From NCBI GenBank assembly GCA_964563185.1, contig CAZLXD010000001.1, positions 12,502-69,288 of the forward strand: a stretch of DNA of 56,787 nt, given 5' to 3'. This DNA comes from an uncultured Chitinophaga sp. Its GTDB lineage: Bacteria; Bacteroidota; Bacteroidia; Chitinophagales; LD1. The position numbers were made by a program, and so were the translations under genes. The notes below the pieces were generated by a model. The model saw only the letters and a list, made by a program, of their open reading frames with translations, was not told where the DNA came from and did not search any database. Shown here in pieces: positions 19,755 to 29,243 of this stretch. Every line of letters starts with the position of its first letter. Positions within the stretch are counted from its first letter, which is position 1.

Positions 19755-21665
19755 CTACCCAATATTTTTAAAGTTGCGAAACAACAAGGCAATATCCTTC
19801 GACAAAAAATAATGCCGTGCATAATTTTGTTCAGCAGCGGTAATGTCTTCTTTACTTAAATCAAACAATCGAATATTGTCTGCCGGAGAAATAATTCCGG
19901 GCCTTGCATGAGGAAACTTCTGAAGGTTTTCTTCCGAATGAAATCCTATCCATGACTTTTTCCCCTTAAGCACATCTAGCCAGTTGGGCAAAAACTTCTT
20001 GAAGCCAACAAGCAGAATGAGATTGAGCGGGCTAATCAAAATGAATGTTGCACAAAGGAAAACATCGAACATTCTTTTTCTGCGTAAATTCTCTGAACGA
20101 AACAACGCATAACTCCTCTCTGCCACATACAAATCGCCAGCTCCGTCTTTCGAGTTGCTTCCAATCAGTGCATCGCTATCTCGGTTCAGAATTTTATAGT
20201 TTGCCTTGTTACCGCATTGCTTTATCTGCGAAATAATCTCTTTGAAAGAAACTTCTGCCGAGCAGAAAACTATCTCCCTTGCGTTATAAACAGCAGCATT
20301 CTTAGCAGTGTCCTTCAATGAGTTTTGTTGCACCACTTCGCTTGTGTTACCCAAACCACGCAGAACTTTTCCGGCTCGTTCGGTTTCGCCTGGTTCGCCA
20401 ACAATTAAGCACAAACCTTCCTCATCATCTTCCACTGAAAGCGATTGGTTTTTCACCACCTGGAAAATCATACGCGTAAAGAACATTTCGAAGGCTGTCC
20501 ATGCCGCACCCAACAAAATAATGGCGCGGGAGAATCGCCATTCATCAGGAATAAAAGCATAGAGCACGGCAATAGCAATTGTTCCCAGCAAAATACCGCG
20601 CACAATTTTCGAAATGCGGAAAGGCTTGTCATACGCACCACTTAGAAAGGCAGAAAAAATCCAGATTAGGATATATGAAGGAACTACAATAAAAAGAAAC
20701 TGATTCGGATAATAACTATCCGAATACTTAATCATGTTTTCCCAGTAAGTTTTAATAAGGAAGATGCCAGCAAAACTGAGCAAGGCATCCAATACAAACA
20801 GATACGAGGAAGCAATAAGCGATGATAAAAGTGTAAGTGCCCCACGAAACACTATGGCAAAATTGATGAGCAGAGAAAACAAACCCGATTGGTTGCCGCT
20901 AAAGTGTTTACGGGCGAAAATTATCATGGCATTGTAAAACACCTTTACATAATTCAACGAACCTTTTTTAGTGCTTTCGCCTTTGTAGTGAATAATGGAG
21001 GTATCAGCAAAGTAGTAGTTCCTGTACCCGGCTTTTATAATCCTGTAGCTTAAGTCCACATCTTCCCCATACATAAAAAAGGTTTCGTCTAACAAACCAA
21101 TTTTATCCAGCACGCATTTACGCAACAGCATAAAGGCGCCCGATAGAATTTCGACTTCGTGTGTTTTGCTCTCCTCTAAAAAGCCAAGATGATATCTGCC
21201 GAAGGTTTTTGATTTGGGAAATAAAGCAGCTAATCCAAAGGTTTTGTAAAAAGCTACCGAAGGCGTAGGTAATCCTCGCTTCGACTCGGGAAGAAAATTT
21301 CCTTTACCGTCTATCATGTGTACGCCTAAGCCTCCGGCATTAGGATGAGTATCCATAAACGCTACACATTTTCCAAAAGTATCTTCTGCAACAACGGTAT
21401 CAGGGTTCAACAGCAAAACATATTCACCGGTTGCTTTTTTAATAGCCTGATTGTTCGCTTTTGAAAAACCTACATTCTCTGCATTGGCTATTACTTTTAC
21501 AGCAGGAAATTTCCCGTGCAACATCTCCACCGAACCATCCTTCGAGGCATTGTCCACTACATAAATCTCCGCACTTACATTAGCACAGGCCCGCTGTACC
21601 GAAAGCAGGCACTGCTCTAAAAAGTAGCGCACATTGTAGTTAACTATAACTATGGAGAGTTTCAT
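19755..21665 (-). CDS. Glycosyltransferase family 2 fused to a membrane domain and a degenerate sugar-transferase-like C-terminus
   Basis: N-terminus LSIVIVNYNVRYFLEQCL...VVDNASKDGS and the GEDVDLSYR block indicate GT2. It is followed by about 5 TM helices. The C-terminus KRMFDVFLCATFILISPLNLILL...VLKGKKSWIG...RPGIISPA resembles the ends of bacterial phosphoglycosyl transferases. Confidence 0.8.
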   Translation of the reverse strand: MKLSIVIVNYNVRYFLEQCLLSVQRACANVSAEIYVVDNASKDGSVEMLHGKFPAVKVIANAENVGFSKANNQAIKKATGEYVLLLNPDTVVAEDTFGKCVAFMDTHPNAGGLGVHMIDGKGNFLPESKRGLPTPSVAFYKTFGLAALFPKSKTFGRYHLGFLEESKTHEVEILSGAFMLLRKCVLDKIGLLDETFFMYGEDVDLSYRIIKAGYRNYYFADTSIIHYKGESTKKGSLNYVKVFYNAMIIFARKHFSGNQSGLFSLLINFAIVFRGALTLLSSLIASSYLFVLDALLSFAGIFLIKTYWENMIKYSDSYYPNQFLFIVVPSYILIWIFSAFLSGAYDKPFRISKIVRGILLGTIAIAVLYAFIPDEWRFSRAIILLGAAWTAFEMFFTRMIFQVVKNQSLSVEDDEEGLCLIVGEPGETERAGKVLRGLGNTSEVVQQNSLKDTAKNAAVYNAREIVFCSAEVSFKEIISQIKQCGNKANYKILNRDSDALIGSNSKDGAGDLYVAERSYALFRSENLRRKRMFDVFLCATFILISPLNLILLVGFKKFLPNWLDVLKGKKSWIGFHSEENLQKFPHARPGIISPADNIRLFDLSKEDITAAEQNYARHYFLSKDIALLFRNFKNIG

Positions 21666-21704
21666 TCCTTTCGGGCAAGATATGCTAAACGGTAAAAATC
21701 AAAT

Positions 21705-22331
21705 TTAATTGGCGCCCTTCACTAACACATTTTCGTAGGGCAAGCGCGTAGCTATGGAGCGAGCCAAAGTCATTTCATCGGCATACTCCAGCTCTCCGCC
21801 AAATGAAATTCCGCGGGCAATGGTGGTAATTTTTACACCGTATTCCTTTAGCTTTTTGCTTACATAAAAAATGGTGGTATCGCCTTCAATAGTGGGGCTT
21901 ATGGCCATTATCACTTCTTTTACTTCACCGGCTCTTACCCTGTTTAGCAGCGATTCAATATTCAGTTTATCGGGGCCAATTCCATCAATAGGAGAAATAA
22001 CTCCACCCAAAATGTGGTAAACTCCGCGATAGATATTCGTGTTCTCAATGGCTATTACATCGCGGATAGATTCTACCAAACAAACCGTGCTGTGGTCGCG
22101 GTGGGGGTTGCCGCATATTTCGCATTGGTCGTGGTCAGACACATTGTGGCAGGTACGGCAAAACTTTATTTCGCTCCGCATGCGGGTGATAGCTTCACCG
22201 AAAAACTGTACTTTTTCGTTGTCCTGTTTCAGTAAATGTAACACTAACCGCAAAGCGGTTTTTTCACCTATTCCCGGCAGTTTGGTAAACTCAGCAACAG
22301 CATTAGCAATCAGTTTGGAAGAGTAGTTCAA
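21705..22331 (-). CDS. recR: Recombination protein RecR
   Basis: HhH motif LPGIGEKTALRL, C4 zinc finger CRTCHNVSDHDQCEICGN and a Toprim domain. Confidence 0.95.
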   Translation of the reverse strand: MNYSSKLIANAVAEFTKLPGIGEKTALRLVLHLLKQDNEKVQFFGEAITRMRSEIKFCRTCHNVSDHDQCEICGNPHRDHSTVCLVESIRDVIAIENTNIYRGVYHILGGVISPIDGIGPDKLNIESLLNRVRAGEVKEVIMAISPTIEGDTTIFYVSKKLKEYGVKITTIARGISFGGELEYADEMTLARSIATRLPYENVLVKGAN

Positions 22332-22376
22332 ATTATTTAATAAAAGTGTTTATTCGCAAACATACAGAATTTGCAG

Positions 22377-23762
22377 ATGGATAAGAGTGTTCAAGCGCAC
22401 CGGGCAACAGGAATTTTAGGCATTGCAGTGCTATGTGGATTGCTGTGCCTGTCGCTTTGGTTTTGGAAGGAACGAATGTTCATCACCGATATGGCTTATC
22501 ACACCTATGTTATTGCCCAAACAGAGAATTTCGCTATACAAAACCATCGGTTCGGAGCAGCTATAACACAAACGTTTCCTCTTGTTGCTTTTAAGTTAAG
22601 CCTACCGCTTAAAACCGCTATGCAGCTCTATTCTGCTTCCTTTTACTTGTGGTATTTAGTGGCGTTCATCATAATAGTATGGGGCTTGAAAAACTGGAAA
22701 ATGGGCTTGGCACTACTGTGTTTTTTAACCCTTATGGTCAGCTATTCTTTTTTTTGGGCACAATCGGAATATCCTCAGGGGATGGTATTTCTAATACTTT
22801 TTTTGTCGGCTTTGTCATATCCAATCCGACATACGGCATGGAAATTTTTATTGCTTCCGTTTTTACTGATTACCACGGTGTTTTTTCATCCACTGTTGTT
22901 TATCTCGTTATGCTTTGGTATAGGATTCTTTCTATTAGATAAGCAGATTGATTTCAGGAAATTTTTAGCCGTGCTTGCAACGGCAATAGTTGTTTTGTTG
23001 TTTAAGTCTTTATTCCTAAAAACCGGCACTTACGAGAGCGGCAAAATGGGAGGTGTAAAAAATTTCCTTGTGCTTTTTCCGAATTATTTCACAACCAAGA
23101 GCACCTGTTTTTTCTTTCATCAGTTGGTTGGTGACTATGCCGGATATTTTTTGATAGTGATTCTGGTAGTGGGCTACTATTTGAAACAACGCATTTATTC
23201 TAAGATGGCATGGGTGATAGGCGGAATGACAGTGTACCTGCTTTTGGTAAATGTTTCCTTTCCGGATTTAGAACAAAGCACCTATTTGCAAAACCTGCAT
23301 TTGCCTTTGGGTTTTATGATTGCCTTGCCACTTGTATTTGATGTGCTTCCCAACACAAAGCCCGTTGCTTGGATAACAGCACTTATTGTCTTGTTTGTAT
23401 TTCGTTTTGGTATGATATACCAGTCGCATAATTTTTACACAAACAGAGTAACTGCCCTTCGGGTACTGATGGAAAAATCGAAAGTACAAACCACCAATAA
23501 GTTTTGGATAGAAGACACAGCATTAGTTCCGGAAGTATATGGAGAAACATGGGCTTTGTCTTACGAAACGCTCTTACTTTCGAGCATTCCTTCGCCCGAT
23601 AGTACACGAACTATAGAAATGCAAAGTGTAGTAGAGCAGAATGCTTTTCTGTTGGATGCGGACTATGTTTTTATCAACCGCTATCATAGTTGGGATGGGA
23701 ACACGTTGCCAAGTAAGTATTTCAATTTAAAACACTCTAAATACCAAAAGTTGCCACTATAA
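22377..23762 (+). CDS. Polytopic membrane protein, possible GT-C-like enzyme (hypothetical)
   Basis: About 10-12 TM helices. An acidic motif follows TM1 (FITDMAYHTY). There is a roughly 100-aa soluble C-terminal tail. The ORF is open from TTG at 22371. Confidence 0.65.
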   Translation: MDKSVQAHRATGILGIAVLCGLLCLSLWFWKERMFITDMAYHTYVIAQTENFAIQNHRFGAAITQTFPLVAFKLSLPLKTAMQLYSASFYLWYLVAFIIIVWGLKNWKMGLALLCFLTLMVSYSFFWAQSEYPQGMVFLILFLSALSYPIRHTAWKFLLLPFLLITTVFFHPLLFISLCFGIGFFLLDKQIDFRKFLAVLATAIVVLLFKSLFLKTGTYESGKMGGVKNFLVLFPNYFTTKSTCFFFHQLVGDYAGYFLIVILVVGYYLKQRIYSKMAWVIGGMTVYLLLVNVSFPDLEQSTYLQNLHLPLGFMIALPLVFDVLPNTKPVAWITALIVLFVFRFGMIYQSHNFYTNRVTALRVLMEKSKVQTTNKFWIEDTALVPEVYGETWALSYETLLLSSIPSPDSTRTIEMQSVVEQNAFLLDADYVFINRYHSWDGNTLPSKYFNLKHSKYQKLPL

Positions 23763-23795
23763 CCTTCCCTCGCTTTTTTATTGCAAATTGCGCGC

Positions 23796-24506
23796 ATGAA
23801 ATTGAGCATTATTGTTCCGGCTTACAATGAGGGAGCTACTATCCATCGGATATTAGATAAGGTAAAAGAGGTTAGCCTGATACAAGGAGTAGAAAAGGAA
23901 TTAGTAATAGTTAATGATTGTTCTGCCGATAACACCGAAGAATCGGTTCTGAGATATAAAGCCGCTAACCCGGATTTGCCTATTGCTTATTTTAAACATG
24001 AAGTAAACAAAGGCAAAGGCGCTGCTTTACATACCGGCATTAAGCAGGCCACAGGAGATATTATTGTTATTCAGGATGCCGACTTAGAGTATGACCCGAA
24101 TGAGTTTAACATTCTTCTTAAACCTATTCTAGATGACTTTGCCGATGTGGTATATGGCTCCCGCTTTATGGGCGGTAAGCCACATCGTATTCTTTTCTTT
24201 TGGCACACTATCGGCAATAAGTTTCTCACGTTTCTTTCCAACATGTTTACCAACCTGAATCTTACTGACATGGAAACATGCTATAAAATGTTCCGTTCAG
24301 GAGTGGTTAAGTCGCTCGACCTGAAGGAACAGCGCTTTGGCTTTGAGCCGGAGGTAACCGCCAAAATGAGCCGCTACCCTAAAGTGCGCATTTACGAAGT
24401 AGGGATTAGCTACTACGGCCGCACCTACGAAGAAGGAAAGAAAATTGGCTGGCGCGATGGCGTGAGGGCTATTTGGTGTATTGTTAAGTATAACTGGGTA
24501 AAATAG
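23796..24506 (+). CDS. Glycosyltransferase family 2, polyprenol-phosphate sugar synthase-like (Dpm1/GtrB/CsbB class)
   Basis: LSIIVPAYNEGATI, VNDCSADNT, NKGKGAALHTG and IQDADLEYDP (DxD) motifs. The soluble protein is about 236 aa. Confidence 0.88.
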   Translation: MKLSIIVPAYNEGATIHRILDKVKEVSLIQGVEKELVIVNDCSADNTEESVLRYKAANPDLPIAYFKHEVNKGKGAALHTGIKQATGDIIVIQDADLEYDPNEFNILLKPILDDFADVVYGSRFMGGKPHRILFFWHTIGNKFLTFLSNMFTNLNLTDMETCYKMFRSGVVKSLDLKEQRFGFEPEVTAKMSRYPKVRIYEVGISYYGRTYEEGKKIGWRDGVRAIWCIVKYNWVK

Positions 24507-24514
24507 AACTAATC

Positions 24515-26323
24515 CTATTGAGCAAAGGGCGCTTTGTAAAGCTCCAATTTGTCCACATAAACTACTTTCTGACTATCGGCATTCCAAAAAGCTATCCCTA
24601 TCTGCTTGCTTACTCCGTTCTCGGGAACCTTAATATCCAACCACATATCCAGCCACGTATTAGGCGCATAGTATTGATGTAATCTAACCATATTACTTTT
24701 AACTACCTTGTCGTTATTAATTAATGAAATAGTAAATTGCGTAGAGCGCCAAACATTCCACTCCATCTCCGGATAGTAGTATTTAAATCTCACCCTGTAC
24801 CAATCCGCTGGTACCGTTGAGCTGTCAAGAATAGTTGTACTAAATCTTTGAATTTCGTCACTAAGCTTTAAGGATTTGCCACCCTCATAAAACCATAAAG
24901 AATCATTACCTCTAAAATCCTCAAAATCAAGTCTAGCAATGAGAGAAAGTGAAGACTCTAAGCGAACAGGCAGTTCTTCGTTTGTGTCTAATAGCTTTCT
25001 ATCTGTTTTCTGTATTTGTGTTTTACCAAATATACGCCAGAAATAAGCCTTTGTCATTCTGTCCGACTCCATGATCCCTGTTTTAGAATTTGCTTGCCAA
25101 GTCATCAGCAAGTTCATCCAAGTACAGAACCCAATTACCAAAAACAAGATAATAAGGAGTCTTCGTTGACGATAGGCTACTTCAATTATCTGTGTTAATG
25201 GAAACATCAACAGAGCATAGGACTGAACAATAGCTCTCTGTGAAAAACTACCTCCATACCACCAACAATCCCATGATGCTATGATATATAGGTTAATCAA
25301 TGAAAAGATGAAAACGCTCCAGAAATGCTGCCTATGAATTTTGTAAAGTGGGATAAACCCGATTACAGCCAAATACATTACGGGCGTATATGTAAACCAT
25401 CCTTTTTTGTAGCTAAATAAAAAGTCAATAATGTGCGGGTGAAGGAAACTAAACGTCTGGTCTTCCTCATAACTGTAATAAAGCCAGTGGCCAGAGTAAT
25501 ACTTCCAATAACATAACTGAGGCAAGGCAAAAAGAAATGCAAAGAACGCAAACAGCACAACAGCTGTTTTGTTATTAAGCAGAAATTGCAGCCGTGCCCT
25601 TGCACTATTTACATCAGATATTCCCCATAGCAAGGGAATGAGTGAAGAAATAATCTCTGTAGGTCTGGTAATTGTCGCCAATCCACACAAAGCTCCTACA
25701 ACAGCAACTTTCCAGTATTTTTTGTTGCTATTTCCATAGAACGAGTCTGTTAAATAAACAATTAACGCATAGAGCGTGAAAAGGTAACAATGAGTAAGTG
25801 TGTTTGAAAAAGAAACGTAGTTGAAGTAATTAGATGCAAAACAAAGCACTATTAGTGCAACAGCAACGGATAAATCGGAAAAGTACCGAAGCAAGACTTT
25901 ACGTATTATCCAAAGGCCAAACAGACTAAAAAAAATCCCCCAGTGATTTATACAAAACTGATAAGGAAAGGAAAAGCCATCTGCCGGATAGGCTGAATTT
26001 AAAGCCCAAAAATGCGCAACTATAAATGCCGGCAAAAACATAAGGGCATTTCCCATAGGATAGCGCATGATGAAATTTCCGTTAGAATGTTTCTTTACAT
26101 TGAGGTTATTGCCTCCGGTTGGTGCATAATTATTTTGTATATAATCATACTTATTAAGAACATTTATTTCATCATAAAAAAAGGCAGGCAGATAAAAATA
26201 ATAGCCGAACCCATCCCAGTTAATAGTCGCATGAACACCTGACTCTTTCCATTTTTGTGTCGAATATGTAGCGCCAAACAAAAAGCAACCACAAATAATA
26301 AATGCCCAAAGTGACTTCTTCAT
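24515..26323 (-). CDS. Polytopic membrane protein, GT-C/ArnT-PMT-like putative glycosyltransferase with a C-terminal beta-rich domain
   Basis: TM1 is followed by INWDGFGYYFYLPAFF (an Asp-containing first-loop motif). About 11 TM helices, then a roughly 170-aa soluble C-terminus. Confidence 0.7.
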   Translation of the reverse strand: MKKSLWAFIICGCFLFGATYSTQKWKESGVHATINWDGFGYYFYLPAFFYDEINVLNKYDYIQNNYAPTGGNNLNVKKHSNGNFIMRYPMGNALMFLPAFIVAHFWALNSAYPADGFSFPYQFCINHWGIFFSLFGLWIIRKVLLRYFSDLSVAVALIVLCFASNYFNYVSFSNTLTHCYLFTLYALIVYLTDSFYGNSNKKYWKVAVVGALCGLATITRPTEIISSLIPLLWGISDVNSARARLQFLLNNKTAVVLFAFFAFLFALPQLCYWKYYSGHWLYYSYEEDQTFSFLHPHIIDFLFSYKKGWFTYTPVMYLAVIGFIPLYKIHRQHFWSVFIFSLINLYIIASWDCWWYGGSFSQRAIVQSYALLMFPLTQIIEVAYRQRRLLIILFLVIGFCTWMNLLMTWQANSKTGIMESDRMTKAYFWRIFGKTQIQKTDRKLLDTNEELPVRLESSLSLIARLDFEDFRGNDSLWFYEGGKSLKLSDEIQRFSTTILDSSTVPADWYRVRFKYYYPEMEWNVWRSTQFTISLINNDKVVKSNMVRLHQYYAPNTWLDMWLDIKVPENGVSKQIGIAFWNADSQKVVYVDKLELYKAPFAQ

Positions 26324-26346
26324 CCAGATGTGCTTTCTTCAAAACA

Positions 26347-29187
26347 TTAATGCGCCTGCAACCAATTCACCCCAACTCCCATTTCAGCTTCAATAGGCAC
26401 ATTGGTTTTTATGGCATGAATCATCTTGTCGTAAATAATAGGCTTAATAACTTCTACCTCGTCTTTATGTGCATCAAACACCAGTTCATCATGCACCTGC
26501 AAAGTCATTTTGCTTTTCAGGTTTTGCTTTTTGAATTCGTGGTGAATATGAATCATCGCCAGTTTTATTAAATCGGCTGCTGAACCCTGCACCGGACTAT
26601 TGATGGCGTTTCGCTCGGCAAAGCCACGCACAGTAAAGTTCTTTGAGTTAATGTCCTTTAAATAACGCTTACGCCCCATAATAGTTTGCACATAGCCGTG
26701 CTGGCGCGCAAACTCAATGTTGGCATTCATATACTCTTTAATCTTTGGAAACTGCTTAAAGTAGTTAGCGATAATCTCTTTCGCTTCACTTCGCGAAGTG
26801 CCGATATTGTCCGCTAAGCCAAATGCGCCCTGACCGTAGATAATTCCAAAATTCACGCTCTTGGCTTTGTAGCGCATGTCTTTTGTAACGGATGAAACAG
26901 CCACATCATAAACTTTTGCAGCAGTAGCGGTATGGATGTCGAGTTTATTTTTGAACGCTTCCAGCATGTTCTCATCACCACTTAACTCGGCAACAAGGCG
27001 CAACTCAATTTGCGAGTAGTCGGCAGAAAGCAGAATGTGGTTTTCATCGCGCGGCACAAATGCTTCACGGATCTTTTTGCCGCGGTCGGTGCGGATGGGA
27101 ATGTTCTGCAAGTTCGGATTATCACTTGCTAATCGTCCGGTAGCCGCAATATGCTGGCGGAAAGTGGTATGCACTCTTCCGGTTTTCGGATTTATCATCT
27201 GCGGCAATGCATCCACATAAGTTGATTTCAGTTTGGCTAACTCGCGGTAGTCAAGAATTTTTTCAGCAATGGGATGATGTTTGACCAATTGAAGTAATGC
27301 ATCTTCATTAGTGGAAAGCTGACCGGTAGAAGTTTTCTTACCTTCAAAAGGAAGCTTCAAGTGCCCGTAAAGCACATCACCTAATTGCTTGGGCGAATCC
27401 ACATTAAAATCCATGCCCGCCATGGAATGTATTTCATCGCGCACTTTCAGTAAATCGGTTTCTAATTCTTTTGAGTAAGCGCGTAAAAACGGCTCGTCAA
27501 TTTTTACGCCTTCCCATTCCATATCTGCCAACACTTCAATCAGCGGATGCTCAATGTCATTCAACACACTCTCCACTTCCTGATGTTTTACCAAGGGGGC
27601 AAGTTTGTGTTTGAGTTGAAGTGTGATGTCGGCATCTTCAGCGGCATAGTCGGTAATTTTCTCCAAGGGCACATCGCGCATATTGCCTTGGTTCTTCCCT
27701 TTCTTTCCAATCAACTCTTCGATGGAAACAGGTGTATATCCGAGATAAGTTTCGCTCAAATAATCCATGCCGTGTTTCAAATCAGGTTCAATCAGGTAAT
27801 GCGCCAACATAGTGTCGTAAACAGGAAGCGAAACATGCACATCATATTTTCGGAACACCTGCAAATCAAACTTTACATTCTGGCCTATCTTAACTTTCGT
27901 TTTGCTTTCAAGCAACGGCTTAAACTTTGCCACTAATTTTTGGGCTTCATCAAAGTTGTTCGGAGCTGGAACATAATACGCTTCGCCTTCCTTTACACTA
28001 AAACTCATTCCCACTAAATCAAGTGCAAAATAATCCAGCCCGGTAGTTTCTGTATCAAAGCAAAATTCATCGGCTTCGTTTAGCAGATTTGTCAATTCTG
28101 CTATTTCCTGCTCTGTTTGAACTAACTTATAACTATGCGGTGTATTGTGAATGCTCTTTCCCTTCACCACTTCTTCTTCTATTGGAAACGCATCACCAAA
28201 TAAACTTCCCTGCGAATCGGAATTTGCAGAAGGTTTTGTGCCCTGCACCTGCTTTTCACTGTCGAAAGAGTTGGTTGGCGCACTTTGATTAACGTTGTAA
28301 TCAAATCCAAGAATCCTTTTACCCAGCGTCCTGAATTCCAGTTCCGAGAAAATTGCACCGAGTTTTTCTTTATCGGGCGTGTTTACTTCCAGGTCTTCAT
28401 CACTAACATCTATTGGTACATTCAAATTAATGGTGGCCAGTTTTTTTGAGAGTAATCCCTGCTCGGCAAAATTCTTTACGTTCTCCCCTACCTTTCCCTT
28501 TATTTTATCGGCATTGGCAATAGTGTTCTCCATACTGCCGAATTCTTTGATAAACTTCTTGGCAGTTTTTTCACCCACCCCCGGTATACCGGGAATATTA
28601 TCTACCGCATCGCCCCACATACCAAGAATGTCAATCACTTGTTTTGGGTCTTCCACCTCCCAGTCGCGCTTTATTTCCTCCACCCCAAGAATTTCAACTC
28701 CGTTTCCGCTGCGGGCAGGTTTGTAGATGAAAATGTTGTCGTCAACTAATTGAGCAAAATCTTTATCGGGCGTTACCATGTAAACAATATGGCCTTCGGC
28801 AGCCTTCCTTTTTGCAATCGTGCCAATAATATCATCCGCTTCATATCCCTCAAACTCTAAAATGGGAATGTGCCAGGCGCGGATAATATCTTTGATATAA
28901 GGAACTGCGAACAAAATATCCTCAGGTGTTTCCTGCCTTCCCGCTTTGTATTCAGCATAATCAGCTTCGCGTTCCGCGCTGCCTCCTAAATCGAAAACTA
29001 CGGCAAGGTGTGTAGGTTTTTCTTTTTGAATTAACTCAAATAGAGTAGTGGTAAAACCGCTGATAGCAGAAACGTTTTGTCCTTTTGAGTTAAGCAACGG
29101 ATTTCTGCCGAAAGCAAAATATGCGCGAAAGATGAGTGCATAGGCATCAACTAAGAAAAGCTTTTCGGTGTGGTTAGAAGTATGTGC
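26347..29187 (-). CDS. polA: DNA polymerase I
   Basis: 5'-nuclease N-terminus (LFLVDAYALIFRAYFAF), a 3'-5' exonuclease block (FDTETTGLD), and polymerase motifs A (LLSADYSQIELR) and C (LQVHDELVF). The start was set at MAHTSNH; the ORF is open to 29223. Confidence 0.97.
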   Translation of the reverse strand, partial: AHTSNHTEKLFLVDAYALIFRAYFAFGRNPLLNSKGQNVSAISGFTTTLFELIQKEKPTHLAVVFDLGGSAEREADYAEYKAGRQETPEDILFAVPYIKDIIRAWHIPILEFEGYEADDIIGTIAKRKAAEGHIVYMVTPDKDFAQLVDDNIFIYKPARSGNGVEILGVEEIKRDWEVEDPKQVIDILGMWGDAVDNIPGIPGVGEKTAKKFIKEFGSMENTIANADKIKGKVGENVKNFAEQGLLSKKLATINLNVPIDVSDEDLEVNTPDKEKLGAIFSELEFRTLGKRILGFDYNVNQSAPTNSFDSEKQVQGTKPSANSDSQGSLFGDAFPIEEEVVKGKSIHNTPHSYKLVQTEQEIAELTNLLNEADEFCFDTETTGLDYFALDLVGMSFSVKEGEAYYVPAPNNFDEAQKLVAKFKPLLESKTKVKIGQNVKFDLQVFRKYDVHVSLPVYDTMLAHYLIEPDLKHGMDYLSETYLGYTPVSIEELIGKKGKNQGNMRDVPLEKITDYAAEDADITLQLKHKLAPLVKHQEVESVLNDIEHPLIEVLADMEWEGVKIDEPFLRAYSKELETDLLKVRDEIHSMAGMDFNVDSPKQLGDVLYGHLKLPFEGKKTSTGQLSTNEDALLQLVKHHPIAEKILDYRELAKLKSTYVDALPQMINPKTGRVHTTFRQHIAATGRLASDNPNLQNIPIRTDRGKKIREAFVPRDENHILLSADYSQIELRLVAELSGDENMLEAFKNKLDIHTATAAKVYDVAVSSVTKDMRYKAKSVNFGIIYGQGAFGLADNIGTSRSEAKEIIANYFKQFPKIKEYMNANIEFARQHGYVQTIMGRKRYLKDINSKNFTVRGFAERNAINSPVQGSAADLIKLAMIHIHHEFKKQNLKSKMTLQVHDELVFDAHKDEVEVIKPIIYDKMIHAIKTNVPIEAEMGVGVNWLQAH

Positions 29188-29243
29188 CATGAGTTGGAAA
29201 GTTGAGGCACAAACAAAATACAAAAATTCAGAAGCAGCAGCCT

